Assembly: GCA_016703125.1 (NCBI GenBank)
Contig: JADJCR010000003.1
Coordinates: 64,933 to 128,932, forward strand
Length of the DNA stretch: 64,000 nt
Reading direction: 5' to 3'
Source of the DNA: Micrococcales bacterium
Lineage (GTDB): Bacteria > Actinomycetota > Actinomycetes > S36-B12 > UBA10799
Shown: piece after piece, positions 38,116 to 47,424 of the stretch
Layout of the letters: each line of letters opens with the position of its first letter
Position numbering within the stretch: position 1 is the first letter of the stretch
Notes under the pieces: generated by a model
The model's database searches: none
The model's input: only the letters and a program-made list of their open reading frames with translations
Told to the model about the DNA's origin: nothing
Position numbers and translations under genes: made by a program

Positions 38116-39179
38116 TGAGCCTCGTCGAGCGAGTACCGGAGACTCGTAGCCGCCTTGGGGGCCTGGTGGCCGCCGCCGCCGGGCTGTGGGTACTTGCGTA
38201 CTGGCTCAATGAGCGGATTTGGGACTGGGTCTTCTATGACGCGCTCGGGATGGCGCCGGATGATCGGTTGACCGAGACCCTGCACTTCTTCTTCTACGAC
38301 ACCGTCAAGATCGGGCTGCTACTGACTGGGATCATCTTCGTGGTCACGATCCTGCGCTCGTTCATGAGTGTGGAGCGCACCCGCCAGCTGCTCGGCGGCA
38401 AGCGCGAGGGCGCGGGCAACGTGATGGCCGCTGGGCTCGGTGTGGTCACCCCGTTCTGCTCGTGCAGCGCGGTGCCGGCGTTCATCGGTTTCGTGTCGGC
38501 AGGGGTGCCGATCGGGGTGACGCTGAGTTTCCTGATCGCCTCACCGCTGGCCAACGAGATCGCTATCGGATTGCTGTGGAGTCTGTTCGGGTGGCAGATC
38601 GCCGCCTTGTACGTGGCGGCCGGGGTGACGATCGCGATCGTCGCCGGCTGGGTCCTGGGGCGCATGGGTGTTGAGCGGTGGGTGGAGCCGTTCGTCTTCG
38701 AGACCAAGCTGAAAGGTCAGGCGATCGACCCGTCGCAGGGGTTGACGATGAGCCAGCGCGTCCAGATGGGCGTCGAGGAGGTCGGCACCATCTGGCGCAA
38801 GATCTGGCCGTTCCTGCTGGTCGGTATCGGGTTGGGCGCGGTCATCCACGGTTGGGTCCCCACCGACTTCTTCACCACCTACGCCAACTCGGACAACCCG
38901 TTCGGTGTGCTGGTTGCCGTGGTCATCGGCGTGCCGTTGTACTCCAACGCCGCCGGCGTCATGCCACTGGTCGAGGTGCTCTACAACAAGGGCTTGCCGA
39001 TGGGCACGGTTCTCGCGTTCATGATGAGTGTCGTGGCGCTGTCGCTGCCGGAGTTGATCCTGCTGCGCCGCGTGCTCAAACCCCAACTGCTGGCCGCATT
39101 CGTGGCGGTCGTAGCCACCGGCATCGTCGCGGTGGGCTACTTGTTCAACCTCGTTCTGGGCTCGGGGGTACCGGGATGA
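38115..39179 (+). CDS. COG0701-type permease (ArsP-like)
   Basis: About 354 aa, polytopic, with a TPFCSCS motif. The ATG overlaps the arsR stop. Confidence 0.75.
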   Translation: MSLVERVPETRSRLGGLVAAAAGLWVLAYWLNERIWDWVFYDALGMAPDDRLTETLHFFFYDTVKIGLLLTGIIFVVTILRSFMSVERTRQLLGGKREGAGNVMAAGLGVVTPFCSCSAVPAFIGFVSAGVPIGVTLSFLIASPLANEIAIGLLWSLFGWQIAALYVAAGVTIAIVAGWVLGRMGVERWVEPFVFETKLKGQAIDPSQGLTMSQRVQMGVEEVGTIWRKIWPFLLVGIGLGAVIHGWVPTDFFTTYANSDNPFGVLVAVVIGVPLYSNAAGVMPLVEVLYNKGLPMGTVLAFMMSVVALSLPELILLRRVLKPQLLAAFVAVVATGIVAVGYLFNLVLGSGVPG

Positions 39180-39466
39180 CCATGAACATCAAGGTCCTGG
39201 GGACGGGATGCCGCAAGTGCCTGACTCTCGACCGGATCACTCGGGAGGCGGTGGCCGATCTCGGTCTCGATGCCGACGTGGCAACGGTCGAAGACTATGG
39301 CCAGACCATGGCCTATGGCGTGATGACCACTCCGGCGCTCGTCATCGACGAGCACGTGCTGACAGTCGGTCGCATCCCCACCCCCACCGCGCTCAGACAG
39401 TTGCTGACGCAGGCCGCCGCAGCCCACACATCCCCCGAAGACCCCATCGAAAGGAACCCGTCATGA
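39176..39466 (+). CDS. thioredoxin-fold redox-active disulfide protein (MTH895/TM0996-like), copy 1
   Basis: MNIKVLGTGCRKC CxxC motif; ATGA overlap with the permease. Confidence 0.75.
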   Translation: MTMNIKVLGTGCRKCLTLDRITREAVADLGLDADVATVEDYGQTMAYGVMTTPALVIDEHVLTVGRIPTPTALRQLLTQAAAAHTSPEDPIERNPS

Positions 39467-39702
39467 TCATCAAGGTTCTCGGCCCCGGCTGCGCCAACTG
39501 CCAACGGCTGGAGGCCCACACTCACGAAGCCCTGGCCGCCCTGGGCCTGGAGGCCACCGTGGAGAAGGTCACCGACTACGGCGAGATCGCCAGCTACGGC
39601 ATCATGCGGACGCCGGGTCTGGTCGTCGACGAGCAGGTGGTGGTGTCGGGCCGCGTGCCGACAGCGGCTGAGATCAGCGAACTACTCTCGACGACCCTCT
39701 GA
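39463..39702 (+). CDS. thioredoxin-fold redox-active disulfide protein, copy 2
   Basis: MIIKVLGPGCANC CxxC motif; ATGA overlap with copy 1; paralogous over its full length. Confidence 0.8.
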   Translation: MIIKVLGPGCANCQRLEAHTHEALAALGLEATVEKVTDYGEIASYGIMRTPGLVVDEQVVVSGRVPTAAEISELLSTTL

Positions 39703-39716
39703 CCGGAAGGACAGGC

Positions 39717-40820
39717 GTGACCCCCGAAGAAGTCGGCACCGCCACGACCACCGACGACACGTCGGAGGTCGTCGGACGGCTCTCGACCCTGGACCGGTTC
39801 CTGCCGGTGTGGATCCTGCTGGCTATGGCCGGCGGGCTGCTGCTGGGCAGGTTGGTGCCGTCGGTGCAGACGGCACTGGACGCGGTGAAGGTCGATCAGA
39901 CCTCGCTGCCGATCGCGCTGGGCCTGCTGCTGATGATGTACCCGGTGCTGGCGAAGGTGCGCTACGAGGACATGAGCCATGTCACCGGGGACCGGAAACT
40001 GCTGTGGTGGTCGCTGCTGCTCAACTGGGTCATCGGCCCGCTGCTCATGTTCGCCCTGGCGTGGGTATTCCTGGCCGACTACCCGGCCTTCCGTACCGGG
40101 CTGATCGTCATCGGTCTGGCACGCTGCATCGCCATGGTGCTGATCTGGAACGATCTGGCCTGCGGGGACCGGGAGGCAGGGGCCCTGCTGGTTGCCATCA
40201 ACTCGGTGTTCCAGATCCTCGCCTACGCGCTGCTCGGAACGTTCTACCTGAAGATCCTGCCGGATTGGCTGGCCCTGGATTCCCAGGACGTGGCATTCTC
40301 CACCTGGGAGATCACCAAGTCCGTGTTGATCTTCCTCGGAATTCCCCTGCTTGCCGGCTACCTCACCCGGCGCATCGGTCTGCGGGTCAAGGGCAAGGAC
40401 TGGTACGACACCGTGTTCGTCCCGCGGATCGGCCCGCTGGCCCTGTACGGACTCTTGTTCACGATCGTGGTGATGTTTGCTCTGCAGGGCGATGCGATCA
40501 TCAGCGACCCGCTGTCTGTGGTGCGTATCGCGGTCCCGTTGCTCGTGTACTTCGCGATCATGTGGAGTGTGGCGTTCTTCGTCGGCAACCGTGCCCGGCT
40601 CGGCTACCCCAAGACCGCCACCCTCGCCTTCACCGCCGCCGGAAACAACTTCGAGCTGGCGATCGCTGTCAGTATCGGGGTGTGGGGGGTGACCTCGGGG
40701 CAGGCCTTGACCGGCGTGATCGGGCCGCTGATCGAAGTGCCGGCCCTCGTCGCCCTGGTGTACCTGTCGCTGTGGCTGCACCGACGGCTGTCCTGGCCCA
40801 ACACGCAACGCTCGACCTGA
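39717..40820 (+). CDS. acr3: ACR3-family arsenite efflux transporter
   Basis: 367 aa with a conserved ACR3 pattern (GLARCIAMV; GNNFELAIAV). Confidence 0.9.
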   Translation: MTPEEVGTATTTDDTSEVVGRLSTLDRFLPVWILLAMAGGLLLGRLVPSVQTALDAVKVDQTSLPIALGLLLMMYPVLAKVRYEDMSHVTGDRKLLWWSLLLNWVIGPLLMFALAWVFLADYPAFRTGLIVIGLARCIAMVLIWNDLACGDREAGALLVAINSVFQILAYALLGTFYLKILPDWLALDSQDVAFSTWEITKSVLIFLGIPLLAGYLTRRIGLRVKGKDWYDTVFVPRIGPLALYGLLFTIVVMFALQGDAIISDPLSVVRIAVPLLVYFAIMWSVAFFVGNRARLGYPKTATLAFTAAGNNFELAIAVSIGVWGVTSGQALTGVIGPLIEVPALVALVYLSLWLHRRLSWPNTQRST

Positions 40821-40842
40821 GTTCCCGTCCCAAGGACGACAT

Positions 40843-41034
40843 CGCGAACTGGTCGGCTCGGGTGGCCTTCCGATGACTCTCGTGGACGGGGTGACGGTGA
40901 TGACCGGCGGGTATCCGACCCGCGAGCAGTTGATCAGTCACTCCGGGCTCGCTGTCACCGCCCCGGCCGGTGTGCAGGAGCTGGGGTTGGCTGCGGACTC
41001 CGACAGGTGCTGTGGCTCAGGCGGATGCTGCTGA
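40843..41034 (+). pseudogene. arsD: 5'-truncated arsD (arsenic metallochaperone) relic
   Basis: Translates to GLPMTLVDGVTVMTGGYPTREQL...CCGSGGCC, matching the C-terminal half of ArsD as I recall it (GLPLLLLDGETVMAGRYPKRAEL...CCGGNTSCC). The N-terminal Cys12/13/18 region is absent; acr3 occupies that position. Confidence 0.5.
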
Positions 41035-41098
41035 CATGACTGCACGCCGCAGTTCCTGACCGACCCGCCCGGTTCCTGTTCCCGGGCTTGACGGAGAT

Positions 41099-41139
41099 TT
41101 TGGCTCAGTCTAGATTAGTTCAAGGAGCACTGAGCCAAA
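41099..41139. repeat. 11-bp perfect inverted repeat with an AT-rich 19-nt spacer
   Basis: TTTGGCTCAGT (41099-41109) pairs with ACTGAGCCAAA (41129-41139). Low-GC spacer CTAGATTAGTTCAAGGAGC. No U-tract on either strand. Confidence 0.5.
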
Positions 41140-41604
41140 TGTGCGATCTCGCCTGCGGTTCCAGCGCATGGGGGCTGCTCTGGCGCAACTCCTCGGACCT
41201 GATCTGCACCCGGTGCTGCGACTGCTCCACGACCAGCCCCTCACCGTCCCAGACGTGCTCGGCCGCCGCGACGAAACTCTGACTGAGTCCGTCGTGGTTT
41301 CTCAGCGGGAGTGGTCTTCTGGACAGTGAACCCGGAGGCCGCGACCTCTTCCGGCGCGACCGACGCGGTACACCCGAGGTCCGTCCCGATCGGCGTAGGC
41401 AACTGCGGGCGTGGGCAGGCAACCCGGACCAGTCTCGATTTGCCACATAGGCCGCTGGGACCGTGTGAACATCGAGTGAAGGGCAGACCCCGGGGCTGCT
41501 TCACCGGGCCCGCCATGGCAAAGTGGGGGGACAGGCATCGCGCAGCCACGTCGGCGCCGACACCGCGCCGTTACCATCCGACCGCGCGGAGACGGAGTGC
41601 ACAG

Positions 41605-43437
41605 ATGACGATCGCAGGTTTGGAAAACCCCCCCACGAAGAACAAGAAGTTGCTCGAGTGGGTCGAGGAGGTCGCCAACCTCACACAGCCGGACCGCATC
41701 GAATGGTGTGACGGCTCAGACGCCGAGTGGGAGCGCCTCACCCAGGAGATGGTCGACGCAGGCACCTTCACCCGGCTGAACCCGGAACTGCGGCCCAACT
41801 CGTTCCTGGCCCGTTCTGACCCCTCCGACGTCGCCCGCGTCGAGGACCGCACCTTCATCTGCTCGCTGCGCGAGGAGGACGCCGGCCCGACGAACAACTG
41901 GCAGGACCCGGTACAGATGCGGGGCACCCTGAAGGAACTGTTCGCTGGCTGCATGCGCGGCCGCACGATGTACGTGATCCCGTTCTCCATGGGTCCGCTC
42001 GGCTCGCACATCGCCGAACTCGGCGTCGAGCTCACTGACTCCCCGTACGTCGTGACCAACATGCGGATCATGACCCGCATGGGGCGCGAGGCACTCGACC
42101 TCATCGGTGAGGACGGCGACTTCGTCCCGGCGCTGCACTCCGTCGGTTACCCGCTGGTCGACGCCGATGGCAACCCCCGCGAAGAGGTGGCGTGGCCGTG
42201 CAACGACACCAAGTACATCGTGCACTTCCCGGAGAGTCGCGAGATCTGGTCGTACGGCTCCGGCTACGGCGGCAACGCACTGCTGGGCAAGAAGTGCTTC
42301 GCGCTGCGGATCGCCTCGGCGATGGCCCGCGACGAGGGCTGGATGGCCGAGCACATGCTCATCCTCAAGCTCACCGCGCCGGACGGCGACGTGAAGTACC
42401 TGGCCGCCGCGTTCCCGTCGGCCTGCGGCAAGACCAACCTCGCCATGCTCGAGCCCACCGTTCCCGGCTGGAAGGTCGAGACGGTCGGTGACGACATCGC
42501 GTGGATGCGCTTCGGTGACGACGGCCGGCTGTACGCGATCAACCCGGAGGCCGGCTTCTTCGGGGTGGCTCCGGGCACCGGGGAGAAGACCAACGCCAAC
42601 GCGATCAAGACGCTGTCGGGCAACTGCATCTACACCAACGTCGCGCTGACCGACGACGGCGACATCTGGTGGGAGGGGCTCACCGACGAACCGCCGGCGC
42701 ACCTGATCGACTGGAAGGGCCGGGACTGGACGCCGGACTCCGACGAGCCGAGCAGCCACCCCAACGCCCGGTTCACCGCACCGGCGTCCCAGTGCCCGTC
42801 GATCGCGGACAACTGGGAGGACCCGGCAGGTGTGCCGATCTCCGCGATCCTGTTCGGCGGCCGGCGCGCCACCAACGTGCCGCTGGTCAACGAGGCGCGC
42901 GACTGGGCGCACGGCGTGTTCATCGGTGCCACCGTCTCCTCGGAGATGACCGCGGCAGCCGTGGGTGGGATGGGTCAATTGCGCCGCGACCCGTTCGCCA
43001 TGCTGCCGTTCTGCGGATACAACATGGCCGACTACTGGGGACACTGGCTCAAGATCGGTCAGAAGGCCGACCCGGCGAAGCTCCCGAAGATCTACCAGGT
43101 GAACTGGTTCCGCAAGGACGAGAACGGCAAGTTCATCTGGCCGGGCTTCGGCGAGAACAGCCGGGTGCTGGCCTGGATCATCGAGCGGGTGGAGGGCCGC
43201 ACCGACGCTGAGAAGACGGCCATCGGCGGCAAGCCGAAGGAGGGCGACCTCTACGTCGACGGGCTTGACCTCAGCGCAGAGCAGCTGGCCGAGTTGTTCG
43301 CCGTGGACGCGGACTCCTGGCTGGCCGAGTGCGACCTCACCGAGGAGTACTTCGAGCAGTTCGGCGACAGCGTCCCACAGGCTCTGCGCGACGAACTCGA
43401 CGGCCTGCGGCAGCGCCTCGAGGCCGCGAAGGCCTGA
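41605..43437 (+). CDS. pckG: phosphoenolpyruvate carboxykinase (GTP)
   Basis: 610 aa from ATG 41605 (GGAGACGGAG upstream). GTP-PEPCK motifs: FPSACGKTN and WMRF. Confidence 0.95.
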   Translation: MTIAGLENPPTKNKKLLEWVEEVANLTQPDRIEWCDGSDAEWERLTQEMVDAGTFTRLNPELRPNSFLARSDPSDVARVEDRTFICSLREEDAGPTNNWQDPVQMRGTLKELFAGCMRGRTMYVIPFSMGPLGSHIAELGVELTDSPYVVTNMRIMTRMGREALDLIGEDGDFVPALHSVGYPLVDADGNPREEVAWPCNDTKYIVHFPESREIWSYGSGYGGNALLGKKCFALRIASAMARDEGWMAEHMLILKLTAPDGDVKYLAAAFPSACGKTNLAMLEPTVPGWKVETVGDDIAWMRFGDDGRLYAINPEAGFFGVAPGTGEKTNANAIKTLSGNCIYTNVALTDDGDIWWEGLTDEPPAHLIDWKGRDWTPDSDEPSSHPNARFTAPASQCPSIADNWEDPAGVPISAILFGGRRATNVPLVNEARDWAHGVFIGATVSSEMTAAAVGGMGQLRRDPFAMLPFCGYNMADYWGHWLKIGQKADPAKLPKIYQVNWFRKDENGKFIWPGFGENSRVLAWIIERVEGRTDAEKTAIGGKPKEGDLYVDGLDLSAEQLAELFAVDADSWLAECDLTEEYFEQFGDSVPQALRDELDGLRQRLEAAKA

Positions 43438-43446
43438 CCACCGCGC

Positions 43447-43481
43447 ACGGCGCCTCCACTCCCTTGTGGGTGGGGCGCCGT
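43447..43481. terminator. hairpin between convergent pckG and sulfatase genes
   Basis: ACGGCGCC pairs with GGCGCCGT (8 bp), extended by TCCAC/GTGGG. No clear T-tract. Confidence 0.35.
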
Positions 43482-43495
43482 CTCGTTCCGCGCGC

Positions 43496-45007
43496 CTACG
43501 CCCGGCTGACGCGGTCGGTGTCGGGCTCTGGTTCCGGCGGCGGCGCGGTACCCGATCGCTTGGGGCGCCAGCGGGGGAGATCGAACGTCGGGCCGAAGCC
43601 TGGCGGCGGTTTCGCGCACGCACCCCGGGCCAGGCCACGCAACTGCTCGATGCGGTCACGGGCTGTCGGATCGTCGATGCGGTTGCCCAGTTCCAGGGGG
43701 TCCGTCCGGTAGTCGTAGAACTCCTCCTCGCCTGACCCGTAGCGCACGAACAACTCCTCATTCGTGCGCCATGCGCAGAAGGGAGGCCGCACGACCCGAC
43801 TGGTGGATTCCGCACCGACCAGCTGCACCCCTTGCTGGTTCCGGTCGTTGAGCACCGAAGTCCCGGCGCCGGTGTTGGGCAGTCCGGCCGCCTGCAGGAC
43901 CGTGGCGTGGATGTCCACGTTGGCGATGGTCAACCGGTCGTCGGTGCCGGCCGATCCCTTCCCCCAGCGCATGACCAGTGGCACGTTCGTGGACTTCAGG
44001 TACGGGTAGCCCTTGCCCTCCAACCGGTGCTCGCCGTGCATATAGCCGTTGTCGGAGACGTAGACGAACAGCGTGCGATCCAGTCGCCCGCGGGCCTTGA
44101 CCGCGTCGTACAGCGCCCGGACCTGGTCGTCGACACTGCGCAGGGTGTCCATCTGCCGGGCCAGGTTGACCCCCGGCGACTGTCCCTCCACCGACGACGA
44201 CGGCGGGAGGTCACGCACGTAGGAGGGCTTGTCGGAGACGTCCTGCTCGAGCACAGCAGGGTTGAAGTAGTCGGCCGGGACCCTGCTGGTGGCGCGGTAC
44301 CCGGGCTGCGCGTTGAAGGGGGAGTGCGGCGCGTAGGGCGCGAAGACGGTGAACTGAGGCCTGCCCGGTGCGGCCGAGCGGATGTGGTCGGCCGCCTCCT
44401 GCCCGAAGAACGTCGTCGAGTACTTCTTGATGAACTCCTGGTCGACGCGTCGAGGGGTCTGCCCGAAGGGGACGGCAAGGGTGACCCCGTACCGGCGGTA
44501 CTTGCCGCTCTGCTGCGTGGTGAAGGAGCGCCACGTGTCCCAGCCGGGGGGAGCGGTACCGTCGTACGCCGCACCGTACTCGTTGAGGTACTTGCCGAAG
44601 TACGCAGTGTCGTAGCCGGCCGCGTCCAATGCCGTGGCCAGGGTGGCGTTCTCCAGGCCGGAGGCCTTGAGAGCCGGGTAGCCGCCGTATCCCGTGTTGG
44701 ACTCGTTGCTGTAAATCCCGGCGGTGGGAGCCAGTTGACCCGTGAGCAGGCTGGTACGGCTCGGACAGCAGAGGCTGGTGGGTACCACGGCGTTGGTGTA
44801 GTTCACCCCCTTGCCGATCAGCAGTCGGTTGAGGTTGGGCATGGCTGCCAGCGTCCCCACCGGTTGGTCGTCGGTGAGGATCAGCACGACGTCCCACTGC
44901 TTGTCGTCCGGCGCCCGCTTGGCTGCGCCGGCGAACTGGGAGGTGCCGCCGACAAGCAACAACAGGGTCAGGATGACCCCGGTGACCGCTGTCAGGACTC
45001 GCCGCAC
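43496..45007 (-). CDS. secreted Cys-type (formylglycine-dependent) sulfatase
   Basis: Signal peptide; LTDDQ; CxPSR motif (LCCPSRTSLLTGQ). Confidence 0.9.
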   Translation of the reverse strand: MRRVLTAVTGVILTLLLLVGGTSQFAGAAKRAPDDKQWDVVLILTDDQPVGTLAAMPNLNRLLIGKGVNYTNAVVPTSLCCPSRTSLLTGQLAPTAGIYSNESNTGYGGYPALKASGLENATLATALDAAGYDTAYFGKYLNEYGAAYDGTAPPGWDTWRSFTTQQSGKYRRYGVTLAVPFGQTPRRVDQEFIKKYSTTFFGQEAADHIRSAAPGRPQFTVFAPYAPHSPFNAQPGYRATSRVPADYFNPAVLEQDVSDKPSYVRDLPPSSSVEGQSPGVNLARQMDTLRSVDDQVRALYDAVKARGRLDRTLFVYVSDNGYMHGEHRLEGKGYPYLKSTNVPLVMRWGKGSAGTDDRLTIANVDIHATVLQAAGLPNTGAGTSVLNDRNQQGVQLVGAESTSRVVRPPFCAWRTNEELFVRYGSGEEEFYDYRTDPLELGNRIDDPTARDRIEQLRGLARGACAKPPPGFGPTFDLPRWRPKRSGTAPPPEPEPDTDRVSRA

Positions 45008-45026
45008 TCATCGAGTCTAAGGCGCG

Positions 45027-46189
45027 TCAGCCTACGTCGGGCGCAAGTGCGATGTCCGGACGGGGCAGCCGTGCCGCAGCCACCCACACGATGATCGCTC
45101 CCACCAGGGCCGCACACCCGGCGACCACCCACATCAGCGACCAGTCCCGGTTGGCCAGCAGGCCGAGCGTCAGCGGCCCCAGCAGCAACCCGATCGCCAC
45201 CCCGGTCTGGGCCACGCCGCTGGCGGCAGCGGTCGACGTGGGGAACCGCCGGGCCACGGCCAGGTGCTGCAGTCCCGGCCAGCCCCAGCCGAACGCATTG
45301 GCCACCACGAGGCCTACGACGAACAGCAACTCGGTCCCCGTGGCCATGAGGAACCATCCGGCGGCCCCGAGCACGCACAGAACCACCACCCCGCGCAGGG
45401 GGTCGAAGGCGTTCTTGTCCGCCCGCAGACCGGCGAGCAGTCGCACGGCCAGGCCCGCGAGGCCGCCGGCGGCCACCAGGTATCCGGCGGTGGCCTCGCT
45501 CAGCCCGACCTGGACCCCACCGGCCGCGCCGAGCGCGCCGATGGACGTCGCTGCCAGAACCGCGGCCACCATGCCGGCTGCGAGCAGCCACAACCCGGAG
45601 ACCAGTTCCGGCGGCACCTGTTGCTCGCTGCGGCCGGTGCGGGCTGGCAGGTCGGGGGGCACCATCAGTACGGCTACGACGGCGGCGGCCGCGGCCAGGA
45701 CGTACGCGAATCGCCAGCCGATGGTCAGCGCGATCAGTGGCACCGCCAGGCCTCCGAGCAGGGTGGCTAGCGGTATGCCCGACTGCTTGATCGCAAAACC
45801 GAGTCCGAAGCGCTCGGGACGCACCTGCGCGGCGACCAGCGCGTTGCCGGCGGGCTGCCCGATCGCGTTTCCCAGACCGCCGACGAAGAGTGCGGCGGCC
45901 AGCATCGGGATCGATGAACTCGCCGCGCAGGAAAGCAGCGCGACACTCGAGGCAGCCGTGGCGACCCACATGCTGCGGCGCACCGAGCCGGCGCACCTGG
46001 CGGCCCAGAAGGTGCGCGGCCCGCCGAGGTGGCCAAGGCGAAGACGGATGCCAGGGCGCCGATGCTGGCCGGGGCCACGCCATACTCCCGGCCGATCTGC
46101 ACGGACATCGCACCGGTGAGGAACAGCGCCAGCACGCCCATGAGGTTGACGGCTACCGCCGCCAGTACCGCGCGCCGCCCACTGGTCAC
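45027..46189 (-). pseudogene. MFS transporter, frameshifted
   Basis: The N-terminal 90 aa or so (ORF 45767-46189) continues as RRSMWVATAAS... in ORF 45027-45983. Junction near 46.02-46.04 kb. Confidence 0.7.
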
Positions 46190-46225
46190 AGCAACAGGCT
46201 AGTCAGGGCCGTTCCGCCGCCCGGA

Positions 46226-47224
46226 TCACTCCTGGTCTGCTGCAAGGCGTGTGGTGCTGTGCCGGACGACCAGCCGGGTGGGCAGCACCACGTCGCTCAC
46301 TTCGCCCCCGGCAAGCAGTTGTCCAACCATGGCGGCGGCGCTGAGACCCTGCTCGAATCCCGACTGCCGGATGGTCGTGAGGTCCAGCCACTGGGACATG
46401 GGGTGATCGTCGATGGCCACGACCGACATGGCCCAGGGGACGGTGAGGCCTGCCCGGCGAAGCGTCCGCAACGCGCCGAAGGCCACCTCGTCGGAGAAGC
46501 AGAACACCGCGGTCGGCGGGTTGTGGAGGCTGAGCAGGTGTTCCATCCCGTCGGCGCCGCCCTGACTTCCCCACGGTTCGGCGACCAGCAGCGCGTCGTC
46601 CAGCGGCAGCCCGGCACGCGTGTGCGCTTGGCGGTAGCCCTCGATCCGCTCGGTGTCGGCCGCGGGCGAGACCCCGGCACCGGCCCGACTGCTGATCATC
46701 GCGATCCGCACGTGGCCCGCCCGGATCACGTGCTCGACGGCCTGCCGCGCGGCGTGACGGTCGTCGATGCGCACGGATGCGAAGGACTGGGCGCGGTCGC
46801 CGATCAGCACTACCGGCAACCCGAGGGCCGACAGCCGGGATTGGGCGCGGGTGTCGAGCACGAACCCGGCGACGATCACCGCGTCCACCTTGCGGCGCAG
46901 GGGGAGGCGCTCGAAGAAGTCGAACTGCTCGCGGGGTGAGGCCAGGCGGTGCAACAACAGGTCCAGACCGCGAACTCGTAATCCTTCCTCCGCGCCTGCC
47001 ACGACGGCCGCGTGGAACCACGACTCGATCCGGGGTACCAGCACGGCGACCTGCCCGGTGGACCCACTCGCCAGTGCTGCAGCGGCCGGCGACACCACGT
47101 AGGACAGCGCCTCGGCAGCGCTGAGAACCCGGCGACGGGTCTCCTCGGCCACACCGGGCATTCCCCGCAGCGCCCGCGAGACGGTTGCCGGCGAGACGCC
47201 GGCCCGCTCGGCGACGTCATGCAT
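46226..47224 (-). CDS. LacI family transcriptional regulator
   Basis: HTH MHDVAERAGVSPATVSRALRG plus a periplasmic-binding-fold effector domain. Confidence 0.85.
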   Translation of the reverse strand: MHDVAERAGVSPATVSRALRGMPGVAEETRRRVLSAAEALSYVVSPAAAALASGSTGQVAVLVPRIESWFHAAVVAGAEEGLRVRGLDLLLHRLASPREQFDFFERLPLRRKVDAVIVAGFVLDTRAQSRLSALGLPVVLIGDRAQSFASVRIDDRHAARQAVEHVIRAGHVRIAMISSRAGAGVSPAADTERIEGYRQAHTRAGLPLDDALLVAEPWGSQGGADGMEHLLSLHNPPTAVFCFSDEVAFGALRTLRRAGLTVPWAMSVVAIDDHPMSQWLDLTTIRQSGFEQGLSAAAMVGQLLAGGEVSDVVLPTRLVVRHSTTRLAADQE

Positions 47225-47384
47225 CGACACGTGTGGCTGGGGTATCACACGGTCATTGTGCTGACCTGTGCCCTGGACTACAAATACTTTCACTTGGCGG
47301 TGGCTGACTATCTGCCTTCGAGAATCTCCCGATCTGGCCAGTTGGGGGTTGACTCTCAGGCAGATTCTGCGCCAGAGTTGCGCG

Positions 47385-47398
47385 CGGAAGCGTTTGCA
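47385..47398. promoter_or_regulatory. candidate LacI-family operator
   Basis: CGGAAGCGTTTGCA fits the generic TGnAAnCGnTTnCA pattern at 13 of 14 positions, 27 nt upstream of the binding-protein ATG. Confidence 0.4.
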
Positions 47399-47424
47399 TG
47401 TTCGAAAGACATGAGGAGTGCCCC

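Noticed and set aside
41088-41282. Cys-rich 64-aa plus-strand ORF next to the ars island, considered as a possible metallothionein or small metal-binding protein.
   Set aside because: There is no RBS and it starts inside the hairpin element. The complementary frame has the better coding signature. The Cys content is explained by the TGC/TGT-rich antisense sequence.
5327-46189. Programmed ribosomal frameshifting as an explanation for the split genes.
   Set aside because: The junctions share no common slippery heptamer or downstream structure, shift in both directions, and fall in unrelated gene families. Indels, whether real or artefactual, are the simpler explanation.
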